In this document: positions 19,530-27,660 of the stretch, piece by piece
How positions within the stretch are numbered: the first letter of the stretch is position 1
How the letters are laid out: each line of letters opens with the position of its first letter
DNA from: Candidatus Omnitrophota bacterium
GTDB lineage: Bacteria > Omnitrophota > Gorgyraeia > Zapsychrales > Zapsychraceae
NCBI GenBank assembly: GCA_015233115.1
Contig: JADFYJ010000009.1
Coordinates: 12,163-76,162, forward strand
DNA: 64,000 bases
Direction of reading: 5' to 3'
Notes under the pieces: model-generated
What the model was told of the DNA's origin: nothing
Database searches by the model: none
What the model saw: only the letters and a program-made list of their open reading frames with translations
Program-made: the position numbers and the translations under genes

Positions 19530-19660
19530 GGTTTTGATAATTTGCTTTTCCCAAAAACTTAAGCCATCATTCATCAATTAAAATTTTTTTGCGATTACTA
19601 ATTTGTTTTTCCAAAAAACAAAAACTATCATCCATCAACTATCAAAATTAATATACTGAA
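19530..19660 (-). repeat. Two degenerate internal fragments of the MITE family (no TIRs) upstream of fba
   Basis: GATAATTTGCTTTTCCCAAAAAC and CTAATTTGTTTTTCCAAAAAACAAAAACTATCATCCATCAACTATC are reverse-complement-similar to the MITE core GATAGTTGATAGTTTATGGTTTTTGGTTTTTGGAAAAAACAAATTATC. Confidence 0.45.
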
Positions 19661-19670
19661 AGGATTACCC

Positions 19671-20678
19671 ATGGTTTCGTACAAACAATTAGGGTTCGTG
19701 AACACCCGTGAAATGTTCAAAAAGGCAATGGCTGGGAAATATGCTGTTCCGGCTTATAATTTTAACAATATGGAACAATTACAGGCGATCATGACGGCGT
19801 GCGTTGAGTCTCAATCGCCGGTTATTATTCAAGTATCGAGCGGGGCGCGTAAATATGCGGATTCGACTATGTTGCAATATATGGCACAAGGTGCTGTTGA
19901 AATGATGAAGCGTATGGCGAAAGAAAAGAATTTAAAAGAAATTGAAATTGCTCTGCATTTGGACCACGGCGATACGTTCGAACTATGTAAATCATGTATC
20001 GAATCTGGATTTTCTTCGGTTATGATCGATGGTTCACACCATTCTTATGAAGACAATGTCGCGTTGACGAAAAAAGTTGTGGAATATGCGCATCAATTTG
20101 ATGTCACGGTTGAGGGAGAGTTAGGTGTTCTAGCGGGCATTGAAGACGAAGTATCCGCGGAACATTCATCATATACTCGTCCGGAAGAAGTAGAAGATTT
20201 TGTCAAAAAAACCGGGGTTGATTCCTTGGCCATTTCCATTGGAACATCCCATGGCGCTAATAAATTTAAGCCTGACCAATGTACCCGCAATGCCGATGGA
20301 GTTTTAATTCCGCCGCCTTTACGTTTTGATATTTTAGAAGGCGTAGAACAACGGATTCCTGGTTTTCCAATTGTTCTTCATGGCTCCTCTTCCGTTTCTG
20401 TTGAAGATGTCAAAACGATTAATAAATACGGTGGAAAAATGAAAGATACTATTGGAATTCCGGAAGATCAACTGCGTAAAGCCGCCGCGTCAGCTGTCTG
20501 TAAAGTGAATATCGATTCCGATGGAAGATTAGCCATGACCGCCGCGATCCGCAAATATTTTGCTGAATTTCCGGCAGAATTCGATCCAAGAAAATATTTA
20601 GGCCCGGCTCGTTCAGCGTTAGTAGAAATGTACAAATCCAAAAACGTAAATGTGTTGGGTTCAGCAGGTAAAGCGTAA
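19671..20678 (+). CDS. fba: Fructose-bisphosphate aldolase, class II
   Basis: LHLDHGDTFE and GSHHSYEDNV class II motifs. Length 335 aa. Confidence 0.9.
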   Translation: MVSYKQLGFVNTREMFKKAMAGKYAVPAYNFNNMEQLQAIMTACVESQSPVIIQVSSGARKYADSTMLQYMAQGAVEMMKRMAKEKNLKEIEIALHLDHGDTFELCKSCIESGFSSVMIDGSHHSYEDNVALTKKVVEYAHQFDVTVEGELGVLAGIEDEVSAEHSSYTRPEEVEDFVKKTGVDSLAISIGTSHGANKFKPDQCTRNADGVLIPPPLRFDILEGVEQRIPGFPIVLHGSSSVSVEDVKTINKYGGKMKDTIGIPEDQLRKAAASAVCKVNIDSDGRLAMTAAIRKYFAEFPAEFDPRKYLGPARSALVEMYKSKNVNVLGSAGKA

Positions 20679-20684
20679 TAAAAA

Positions 20685-22697
20685 ATGTTGTCAAAAATAG
20701 CGTTAAAAATGGTGTCTGCTCTCGGCGCATTGCGTCGGGATCAGACACTTTTTTTAAAAATTTTATTTTTTGTTTTACTTTTTTCTTTACTCGCGGTTTT
20801 TTATTGCCCGCGTATTCAACTGCATACGGCGGATTTGGGCCGCCACATCAAAAATGGAGAAATTTTTTTAGCTCAGCATAAAATTATTTCCACTAATTTT
20901 TATTCATACACAGAGCCGGATTTCTCAGCTGTCAATCATCATTGGGCAGCAGGTGTGGCTTTTTTTTTAGTCTGGAAATACTTTGGATTTACTGGTTTGT
21001 CATTATTTTATATGGGAATTTTATTGGCTGCTTTCTCGATTATTTTTTTCTGTGCCGTTCGCCTGTCGAATTTTTGGATTGCTTTTTTTTATTCTGTATT
21101 GTGCTTGCCGTTATTAGTCAGCCGGCTGGAAATCCGCCCTGAAGGCTTTAGCTATTTATTTTTAGCGTTGATGATATGGTGTTTACTGTGTCTCAACCGG
21201 TATCTGTGCCAAGACCGGTTTCTGAACTCGACTGCGAATTCTCGCTCGACATCATTTTTTCAAACATTTCTTTTTATTTCTATTATTTTAATCCAAATTC
21301 TTTGGGTCAACTTTCATATATATTTTATTTTCGGTCCATTCTTAGTCGGCATGTGGTGCCTGAACCGGTGTCTGAACTCGACTGTAATTTTATCGAATGT
21401 TTATGGTTTGTGGTTTTTGTTTTTTGGAAAAAACAAATTATATCAACAACCAGCAACCAATAACCAACAACCACCAACCAACAATTTTATTTTACGAGAT
21501 CAGACACTAGGTATTTTGTTTATTGCTGTTATTTTGGCTTGCTTTATTAACCCCGCTGGAATCAAAGGGGCGTTAGAACCTTTTAATATTTTTAAAGAAT
21601 ACGGATATATGCTGGCTGAAAATCAATCTCCAATTTTTATGTTTAAAAGATTTCCCCAGGAGGGATCATATTTATATTTCATGATAATTTTTGGAGTGTC
21701 CGTATTAGTGTGGGGGGCATATACTTGGTGTCTGATCTCGGCTGAAAATTTATTTGCTGTTGATAGTTTTTGGTTTTTGGTTTTTGGAAAAAACAAATTA
21801 TTTCAGCAACCAGCAACCAGCAACCAACAACCAACTACCAACAAGTATATTTTACGAGATCTGACACCGTTTATTCTTGATAAGACACCAGATATTTTAT
21901 TTTTTATAATCTATTTTTTATTTTCTATTTTGGTCTGGAAAATGATTCGCGGAATGGTCCTTTGGGCACTAATCTCGATACCAATTTTAAGTTATATAAC
22001 CTGGTGTCTGATCTCGGCTGCGCATAGGCTTTTGCCATGTACTCGGCAGGAAGTTTTCGTTCCGGATCAACAGGTTTCTGGCCGAGATCTGACACCATTT
22101 TTTCAGTTTATTTTAATAATTCTAGGCATGATTGGCCTACTTTTTGGCCTAATCGGAAAAAACAACATTTACTCGCCTTATCAAAAAAATTATTTGTCTG
22201 CTATTGTCCCACAAACTCAACATTCTTTTTGGTGGTTTCCGAATGTTTTGCGCGAATTTAATAAATTACCAGGAACCATGCCCGGCGCAGAATCAGCTGC
22301 GAATTTTTTTAAACAAAATCATTTGCAGGGGCCTATATTTAACAACTATGATATTGGGGGATATTTGATTTTGAGTCTGTTTCCAGAAAAGGTTTTCGTT
22401 GATAACCGGCCTGAAGCGTACAGCGTTGATTTTTTTAAAAATACATATGTCCCGATGCAGGAAAATGACAATGAGTGGTTCGCGCAAGATCAGAAGTACC
22501 ATTTTAATGTCATTTTCTTTTATCGACATGATTTGACACCTTGGGGACAGTCTTTTTTAATCCGTCGTATACGGGATCCGCAATGGGCGCCAGTATTTGT
22601 GGATGCGTATACTTTGATCCTGGTCAAACGTGAAGGAAAAAATAAAGGAGTGATTGAAAAATATGAGTTACCTCAAGAAATTTTTCAAGTGTATTAA
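20685..22697 (+). CDS. Polytopic membrane protein (GT-C/ArnT-like fold suspected) carrying five in-frame MITE-family inserts
   Basis: Continuous 670-aa ORF. Many TM helices and a C-terminal soluble domain. MITE copies A-E are embedded in frame (see mobile_element entries). Confidence 0.6.
   Translation: MLSKIALKMVSALGALRRDQTLFLKILFFVLLFSLLAVFYCPRIQLHTADLGRHIKNGEIFLAQHKIISTNFYSYTEPDFSAVNHHWAAGVAFFLVWKYFGFTGLSLFYMGILLAAFSIIFFCAVRLSNFWIAFFYSVLCLPLLVSRLEIRPEGFSYLFLALMIWCLLCLNRYLCQDRFLNSTANSRSTSFFQTFLFISIILIQILWVNFHIYFIFGPFLVGMWCLNRCLNSTVILSNVYGLWFLFFGKNKLYQQPATNNQQPPTNNFILRDQTLGILFIAVILACFINPAGIKGALEPFNIFKEYGYMLAENQSPIFMFKRFPQEGSYLYFMIIFGVSVLVWGAYTWCLISAENLFAVDSFWFLVFGKNKLFQQPATSNQQPTTNKYILRDLTPFILDKTPDILFFIIYFLFSILVWKMIRGMVLWALISIPILSYITWCLISAAHRLLPCTRQEVFVPDQQVSGRDLTPFFQFILIILGMIGLLFGLIGKNNIYSPYQKNYLSAIVPQTQHSFWWFPNVLREFNKLPGTMPGAESAANFFKQNHLQGPIFNNYDIGGYLILSLFPEKVFVDNRPEAYSVDFFKNTYVPMQENDNEWFAQDQKYHFNVIFFYRHDLTPWGQSFLIRRIRDPQWAPVFVDAYTLILVKREGKNKGVIEKYELPQEIFQVY
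20712..20749 (+). mobile_element. MITE-family copy A (38-bp hairpin form, in-frame inside ORF 20685..22697)
   Basis: GGTGTCTGCTCTCGGCG-cattg-CGTCGGGATCAGACAC. Confidence 0.5.
21187..21260 (+). mobile_element. MITE-family copy B (degenerate fragment, in-frame)
   Basis: Shares ACCGGTTTCTGAACTCGACTG with copies C and G. No intact TIRs. Confidence 0.35.
21355..21507 (+). mobile_element. MITE-family copy C (long form, in-frame)
   Basis: GGTGTCTGAACTCGACTG ... GGTTTTTGTTTTTTGGAAAAAAC ... (CAACCA)n ... TTTTACGAGATCAGACAC. Confidence 0.65.
21727..21868 (+). mobile_element. MITE-family copy D (long form, in-frame)
   Basis: GGTGTCTGATCTCGGCTG ... TTTTACGAGATCTGACACC. Confidence 0.7.
22004..22097 (+). 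mobile_element. MITE-family copy E (94 bp with a different core, in-frame)
   Basis: Perfect 19-bp TIRs GGTGTCTGATCTCGGCTG / GGCCGAGATCTGACACC. Confidence 0.65.
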
Positions 22698-23589
22698 TCA
22701 TATACGGTGTCTGATCTCGACTGTAATTTCATCGAATGTTCATGGTTTGTGGTTTTGGGTTTTTGGAAAAAACCAATTATTTCAAAAACCAGCAACCAAT
22801 CACCAACAACCAACAACTAACAATTTTATTTTACGAGATCTGACACCGTTACTCGCTGCCTTTTTATTATTTGCCACACCATCGTTCGCTGTCGTTGATT
22901 TTACCGGAGATGTGAACGAATTTATTAAAAATAATCCTGATGGTCAAAAATTTGATTTCATGAGTCGTTATATCGAAACTTTGGGGTATTTGGAGTCGAA
23001 TGAAAAACTTTCAAAACAATTTATTGATGTGAATTTATTGACTGCTCCTGCTGATAAAGTTAAAACTTATTTGGACGCTTTAGTCAACGCGAATGTGAAT
23101 TTACGGGTGTCGCGTAATTACTTAAAACGTTACGGGGCAGTGAATAATGGTTTGATCCGAAAGGTTGTCCAGGATTTTCAATTGGCATGTGATGAGTTGA
23201 TAACTAATAATCAGGGGGAAAGATTATTAGTAGAAAAAATTTATAACGCACAAATGAACCATCAAAAAAGATCAGGGATGAATACAAAGGAATTTTCTTC
23301 GCGCATTGAACAATTAACTGAACAACGACGAGGGACATCAACGAAAATACTGCAAACTTCTATGTGGGCCAGTAAAGTGTTGATCAGTAACAAAGTTGAT
23401 AAATTTGGCAGTTTGTACATGCTTGGGATATCCGCTGATCAACGGAAAGAATTGCTAGAACAGTTATCAAAATATAAAGGTAAAGAATATCGGGGAGAAT
23501 TGCGTCCTGGGCAGTCTTTTTTGCAAGCTAGTATAGCCGCTATCGCTGCGATCCTAGAAGATGAAAGCTGGGGAAATTTAACTAATTGA
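22654..23589 (+). CDS. Secreted hypothetical protein. The N-terminus is encoded by MITE copy F.
   Basis: The ORF passes through the MITE, then a signal-peptide-like LLAAFLLFATPSFA. No canonical start codon downstream of the MITE before the signal peptide. Confidence 0.5.
   Translation: MKNMSYLKKFFKCINHIRCLISTVISSNVHGLWFWVFGKNQLFQKPATNHQQPTTNNFILRDLTPLLAAFLLFATPSFAVVDFTGDVNEFIKNNPDGQKFDFMSRYIETLGYLESNEKLSKQFIDVNLLTAPADKVKTYLDALVNANVNLRVSRNYLKRYGAVNNGLIRKVVQDFQLACDELITNNQGERLLVEKIYNAQMNHQKRSGMNTKEFSSRIEQLTEQRRGTSTKILQTSMWASKVLISNKVDKFGSLYMLGISADQRKELLEQLSKYKGKEYRGELRPGQSFLQASIAAIAAILEDESWGNLTN
22707..22847 (+). mobile_element. MITE-family copy F (long form, forms the 5' end of ORF 22654..23589)
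   Basis: GGTGTCTGATCTCGACTG ... TTTTACGAGATCTGACACC. Confidence 0.7.
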
Positions 23590-23617
23590 TTGACATGGTG
23601 TTAAGCCGGTTCTAATA
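23589..23617 (+). promoter_or_regulatory. Near-consensus sigma70-type promoter
   Basis: TTGACA (23589-23594), 17-bp spacer, TAATAT (23612-23617). Followed by AGGAGG and an ATG. Confidence 0.6.
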
Positions 23618-23637
23618 TGTTTCAGGAGGATATAAGA

Positions 23638-23811
23638 ATGCAAATTAAAGATAAGGTTGAGCTGTTAAAAGATCGTCAGGTCGTCGATGAAATTAAGCGG
23701 CATTTATGGATAGAAAGTGAGAAGGCGGGACGCGATATCGGTTTTGATTCAGCTGCCGCAGACTGGCTAGAAAAGTTTTCAAAAACTTGGATGGATTACT
23801 ATTGGAAATAA
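23638..23811 (+). CDS. Small hypothetical protein (57 aa) behind a consensus promoter
   Basis: TTGACA-N17-TAATAT at 23589-23617. AGGAGG RBS 7 nt before ATG 23638. Translation MQIKDKVELLKDRQVVDEIKRHLWIESEKAGRDIGFDSAAADWLEKFSKTWMDYYWK. Confidence 0.6.
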   Translation: MQIKDKVELLKDRQVVDEIKRHLWIESEKAGRDIGFDSAAADWLEKFSKTWMDYYWK

Positions 23812-23909
23812 TAAAAAAGGTGTTTGATTTCGACTAAAATAAATGGTGTATACCCTCGACAAAAATTGACGCCCGCCATCTGACAATTAATTATTTTATA
23901 GGAGAATAT

Positions 23910-25538
23910 ATGGATTTAACTTTAACAAAATTAAAAAATTTTTCAGGTCGCCCCGGTCCTATGGTTCTGGTCGTTATGGATGGGGTGGGAATTGGTAAAC
24001 GAGATGAGAGCGACGGGGTATTTCTCGCCAATACACCTAATCTGAATAAATACATGAAAAGCCCTCTATACGCAGAACTTCAAGCGCATGGCAAAGCCGT
24101 TGGTATGCCTTCGGATGAAGATATGGGAAATAGCGAAGTAGGGCATAACGCGTTGGGAGCCGGCCGGGTTTTTGCCCAGGGAGCTACACTTGTACAGAAT
24201 TCGATCGATGACGGCAGTATTTTTAAAACCGATATTTGGTCTCAGCTCATTTCAGGTGTAAATCAACAAGATAAGACGTTTCATTTTATCGGTTTATTAT
24301 CTGACGGCAATGTTCATTCTCATATCAATCATTTAATGGCCATGCTCCGGCAATGTGCCAAACAAGGGGTAAAAAAAGTCCGGGTGCATGTATTGTTAGA
24401 TGGCCGTGATGTGTATGAAAAAAGCGCGGGTCAGTATATTGATCAAACGGAAGCAGTATTGAAAGAATTAAACGCTCAATCTGGAATAGATTATGCGATC
24501 GCTTCTGGCGGCGGACGCATGGTCACAACTATGGATCGGTATAATGCGGATTGGACGATTGTTAAACGCGGGTGGGACGCGCATGTCCTTGGAAAAGGTC
24601 GTCTGTTTGTTTCCGCTTCCGAGGCAGTCCAAACATTTTATGCCGAGGATCCTAAGATCACGGATCAATATTTATCGTCTTTTGTTATCGCTAAAAATGG
24701 TCAGCCGATCGGGACAATTCAAGACGGGGATTCGGTGGTATTTTTTAATTTCCGCGGTGACCGTGCGATTGAAATCACCCAAGCTTTTGAAGGCGATGCT
24801 TCGTTTGAAAAAATCGACCGGGAACGTGTTCCTAAAGTTTTGTATGCTGGGATGATGCAGTACGATGGCGATATGCATGTGCCTAAGAATTATTTAGTTA
24901 ATCCTCCGGTAATTGAGAAGACGTTAGGAGATTATTTGTGCGCCAACGGGGTGACGTCATTTGCCATATCAGAAACTCAAAAATTTGGCCATGTAACGTA
25001 TTTTTGGAACGGGAATAAGACCGGATATATAAACTCAAAAATGGAATATTATGAGGAAATCCCATCCGATAAAGTTCGTTTTGACCAGGCTCCCAAAATG
25101 AAAGCCTATGAAATTACCAACCGCACAATTGAATTGCTGAAATCCGGGAAATATAAATTTGGGCGTTTGAATTTTGCGAATGGCGATATGGTGGGACATA
25201 CCGGAATCCCTGAAGCTATTATTACCGCGGTTTCGACGGTCGATGAGTGTGTGGGTCGTTTGATACAAGTGGTTAATGAATTAGATGGTATTGTATTGGT
25301 TACCGCTGATCACGGGAACGCGGATGAAATGTTCACGGTTAAAAAGGGCGTTAAAATTGTCAGTACCGCGCATTCATTGAATCCGGTGCCATTTTATATT
25401 GTGGATCAAAATTGTCATGGAGAATATTCCATGGCTAAGCTTCCTCATAAAGGTTTAGCAAATGTCGCGGCGACTGTCATGAATTTATTAGGTTTTGAAA
25501 AACCTGAAGATTATGAATCGTCGCTTATAAAATTTTGA
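23910..25538 (+). CDS. gpmI: 2,3-bisphosphoglycerate-independent phosphoglycerate mutase
   Basis: iPGM-type N-terminus VVMDGVGIG and C-terminal TADHGNADEM metal-binding motif. 542 aa. Confidence 0.9.
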   Translation: MDLTLTKLKNFSGRPGPMVLVVMDGVGIGKRDESDGVFLANTPNLNKYMKSPLYAELQAHGKAVGMPSDEDMGNSEVGHNALGAGRVFAQGATLVQNSIDDGSIFKTDIWSQLISGVNQQDKTFHFIGLLSDGNVHSHINHLMAMLRQCAKQGVKKVRVHVLLDGRDVYEKSAGQYIDQTEAVLKELNAQSGIDYAIASGGGRMVTTMDRYNADWTIVKRGWDAHVLGKGRLFVSASEAVQTFYAEDPKITDQYLSSFVIAKNGQPIGTIQDGDSVVFFNFRGDRAIEITQAFEGDASFEKIDRERVPKVLYAGMMQYDGDMHVPKNYLVNPPVIEKTLGDYLCANGVTSFAISETQKFGHVTYFWNGNKTGYINSKMEYYEEIPSDKVRFDQAPKMKAYEITNRTIELLKSGKYKFGRLNFANGDMVGHTGIPEAIITAVSTVDECVGRLIQVVNELDGIVLVTADHGNADEMFTVKKGVKIVSTAHSLNPVPFYIVDQNCHGEYSMAKLPHKGLANVAATVMNLLGFEKPEDYESSLIKF

Positions 25539-25547
25539 AAGGCTATT

Positions 25548-26546
25548 ATGGAAAAATCACCAGCCATGTATGACAAAGAAAAATTTCAAATGATTTTCGA
25601 ATATTCGCCTATCGCCATCTGGGAAGAAGATTTCTCTGCTGTGGCGGAATTGGGAGAATATCTAAAGAAACGGAAAGTGACAGATATCAAAAAATATCTG
25701 ACCGAACATCCGAAATTGGTTACTGAAACTTTTTGTAAATTGAAGATCCTTGACGTGAATATTGCGGCTTTAGAACTTTATGGCGCGAAAACTAAAAAAC
25801 AATTGATCGATAATTTAGGCAAGGTGGTCCATAAATCCGCCTTAGCGACTTTTGTTGATGAGTTTAGCGCGTTATTAAGCGGGCAGAATACGTTTGAAAC
25901 TGAATTTAAAAGCCGTACTTTGGGCGGACGATTATACGATGTTCATCTGAAAGTTTCAGTACCGGAAATTTATAAAACAACATTTAAGCGGGTCGTTGTG
26001 ACTTTGCAAGATATTTCTGTTCAAAAACGTTATGAACGCCATTTAAAGCAATTGGCTCAAATAGACGGAATGACCAAAGTTTTAAATCATTCTGCCATAG
26101 AATATCGTTTAGAAGAAGAAATAGCTCGGTCGAAACGTTACCGTTTAGAATTGGCTTGCATGATGATCGACATGGACAATTTTAAGCAAGTTAATGATAA
26201 GTATGGCCATCAAAAAGGTGATCAGGTTATTAAAAAAACTGCTGAATTGATCCGTCAACATTTGCGTGAAGTCGATATTGTCGGCCGTTATGGAGGAGAT
26301 GAATTTATAATTATACTTCCAGAAACACCGAAACAAAACGCGATTACGGCCGCAGAACGCCTCCGTAAATTATTTGATGACCGTATGCATGACATGTCTG
26401 TTAAAATACCATTTTGTACAGTTAGCATTGGAGTTGGAGGAATGCCGGATTCTGATGTGAACAGCTCGAAAGATATGATCAAGAAAATCGACCACGGGAT
26501 GTATGAGGCCAAGAAATCCGGAAAAAATTGTGTTATTTTAATTTAA
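25548..26546 (+). CDS. Diguanylate cyclase (PAS-like N-terminus plus GGDEF)
   Basis: RYGGDEFIIILPE active-site motif. RxxD I-site-like region upstream. Confidence 0.85.
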   Translation: MEKSPAMYDKEKFQMIFEYSPIAIWEEDFSAVAELGEYLKKRKVTDIKKYLTEHPKLVTETFCKLKILDVNIAALELYGAKTKKQLIDNLGKVVHKSALATFVDEFSALLSGQNTFETEFKSRTLGGRLYDVHLKVSVPEIYKTTFKRVVVTLQDISVQKRYERHLKQLAQIDGMTKVLNHSAIEYRLEEEIARSKRYRLELACMMIDMDNFKQVNDKYGHQKGDQVIKKTAELIRQHLREVDIVGRYGGDEFIIILPETPKQNAITAAERLRKLFDDRMHDMSVKIPFCTVSIGVGGMPDSDVNSSKDMIKKIDHGMYEAKKSGKNCVILI

Positions 26547-26549
26547 TTA

Positions 26550-27518
26550 ATGTCGAAAACATTACAACTAACTTGGTGTCTGGCTAACAGGTGTCTGAAC
26601 TCGACTTTAAATGTGTCGAATGTTGATGGTTTGTGGTTTTCGGTTTTTGGAAAAAACCAATTATTTCGACAACCAACAACCAACAACCAACAACCAACAA
26701 CCAACAATTTTATTTTACGAGATCTGACACCAATTCTTTTAAATTATATTCTAACCTCGCACTTAAAGATCAATCCGTTTGATATTATTGAACAGACGGA
26801 TAAGCGTCAAACTTCATTTAAATTTTATCCTTCCACCCGTCAACAAGCCCGCCAGTTAATGAGGCAATTTAATCAGTTACATATTCAAAATGTTTCGGTA
26901 AAATTGGAGGTTTTGCAAGATCAGGATTGGCAAAATAAATGGAAAAAAGATTTTAAGCCTTTTGCGTTAACGTCAGATCTGACCATCGTGCCAGCATGGT
27001 TAAAAGAGAATTATATTTTTATCGACAGCCATCTCGCATTTGGAACCGGCCTGCACGAAACAACCCGTTTTATGACTGAGCTGATTAAATCAGTTAAGGG
27101 ACAATTTTCCACTTTTTTAGATATTGGTACTGGAACGGGTATATTGACGTTGGCCGCGCTTAAATATGGGGCCAAAGACGTAACCGCTATGGACATCAGC
27201 GAAGACTGTGTCACAAACGCGAAAGCGAATTTTGCGTTAAACGGGGTCAGTAAATATCGGTTATTTTGTAAAGATTTTGCCAAGATGCCAGCGCATAAAA
27301 CATATGACTTGGTTGCTGCCAATTTGGTTTCTCATGATTTATTGGCTATGTCAGAAAAAATTATTTCACGCGTTAATAAAACCGGATATTTAGCCATTTC
27401 CGGCATATCGTTGGATAATTTTGAAGCTGTAAAAACCAAATTTTCAAAATCGCTTAATTGCGTAAAAATAAAAAAAGGCAAAACCTGGGCAGCTTTATTA
27501 TATAAAAACGGTGTCTGA
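26550..27518 (+). CDS. prmA: Ribosomal protein L11 methyltransferase. The N-terminal about 60 codons run through MITE copy G.
   Basis: FGTGLHETTRFM and LDIGTGTGILTLAALKYGA SAM-binding motifs. The stop codon lies inside the TIR of MITE copy H. Confidence 0.8.
   Translation: MSKTLQLTWCLANRCLNSTLNVSNVDGLWFSVFGKNQLFRQPTTNNQQPTTNNFILRDLTPILLNYILTSHLKINPFDIIEQTDKRQTSFKFYPSTRQQARQLMRQFNQLHIQNVSVKLEVLQDQDWQNKWKKDFKPFALTSDLTIVPAWLKENYIFIDSHLAFGTGLHETTRFMTELIKSVKGQFSTFLDIGTGTGILTLAALKYGAKDVTAMDISEDCVTNAKANFALNGVSKYRLFCKDFAKMPAHKTYDLVAANLVSHDLLAMSEKIISRVNKTGYLAISGISLDNFEAVKTKFSKSLNCVKIKKGKTWAALLYKNGV
26575..26731 (+). mobile_element. MITE-family copy G (long form, at the 5' end of prmA)
   Basis: GGTGTCTGGCTAACAGGTGTCTGAACTCGAC ... 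(CAACCAACAA)n ... TTTTACGAGATCTGACACC. Confidence 0.7.
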
Positions 27519-27652
27519 TCTCGGCTGCCCGTAGATTGATAGTTGATAGTTTATGGTTTTTGGTTTTTGGAAAAAACAAATTATCTCATCAACCAGCAGC
27601 CAACAACCATCAACTCTATTTTACGGGATCTGACACCATTTATTTGACACCA
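27510..27652 (+). mobile_element. MITE-family copy H (contains the prmA stop codon; intergenic)
   Basis: GGTGTCTGATCTCGGCTG ... TTTTACGGGATCTGACACC, then a partial duplicate ATTTATTTGACACCATTTATT. Confidence 0.7.
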
Positions 27653-27660
27653 TTTATTGG

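Noticed and set aside
19449-19670. Possible tRNA or small RNA in the long spacer before fba
   Set aside because: No cloverleaf or T-loop (GGTTCGANTCC) features. The sequence is explained as degenerate MITE-core fragments.
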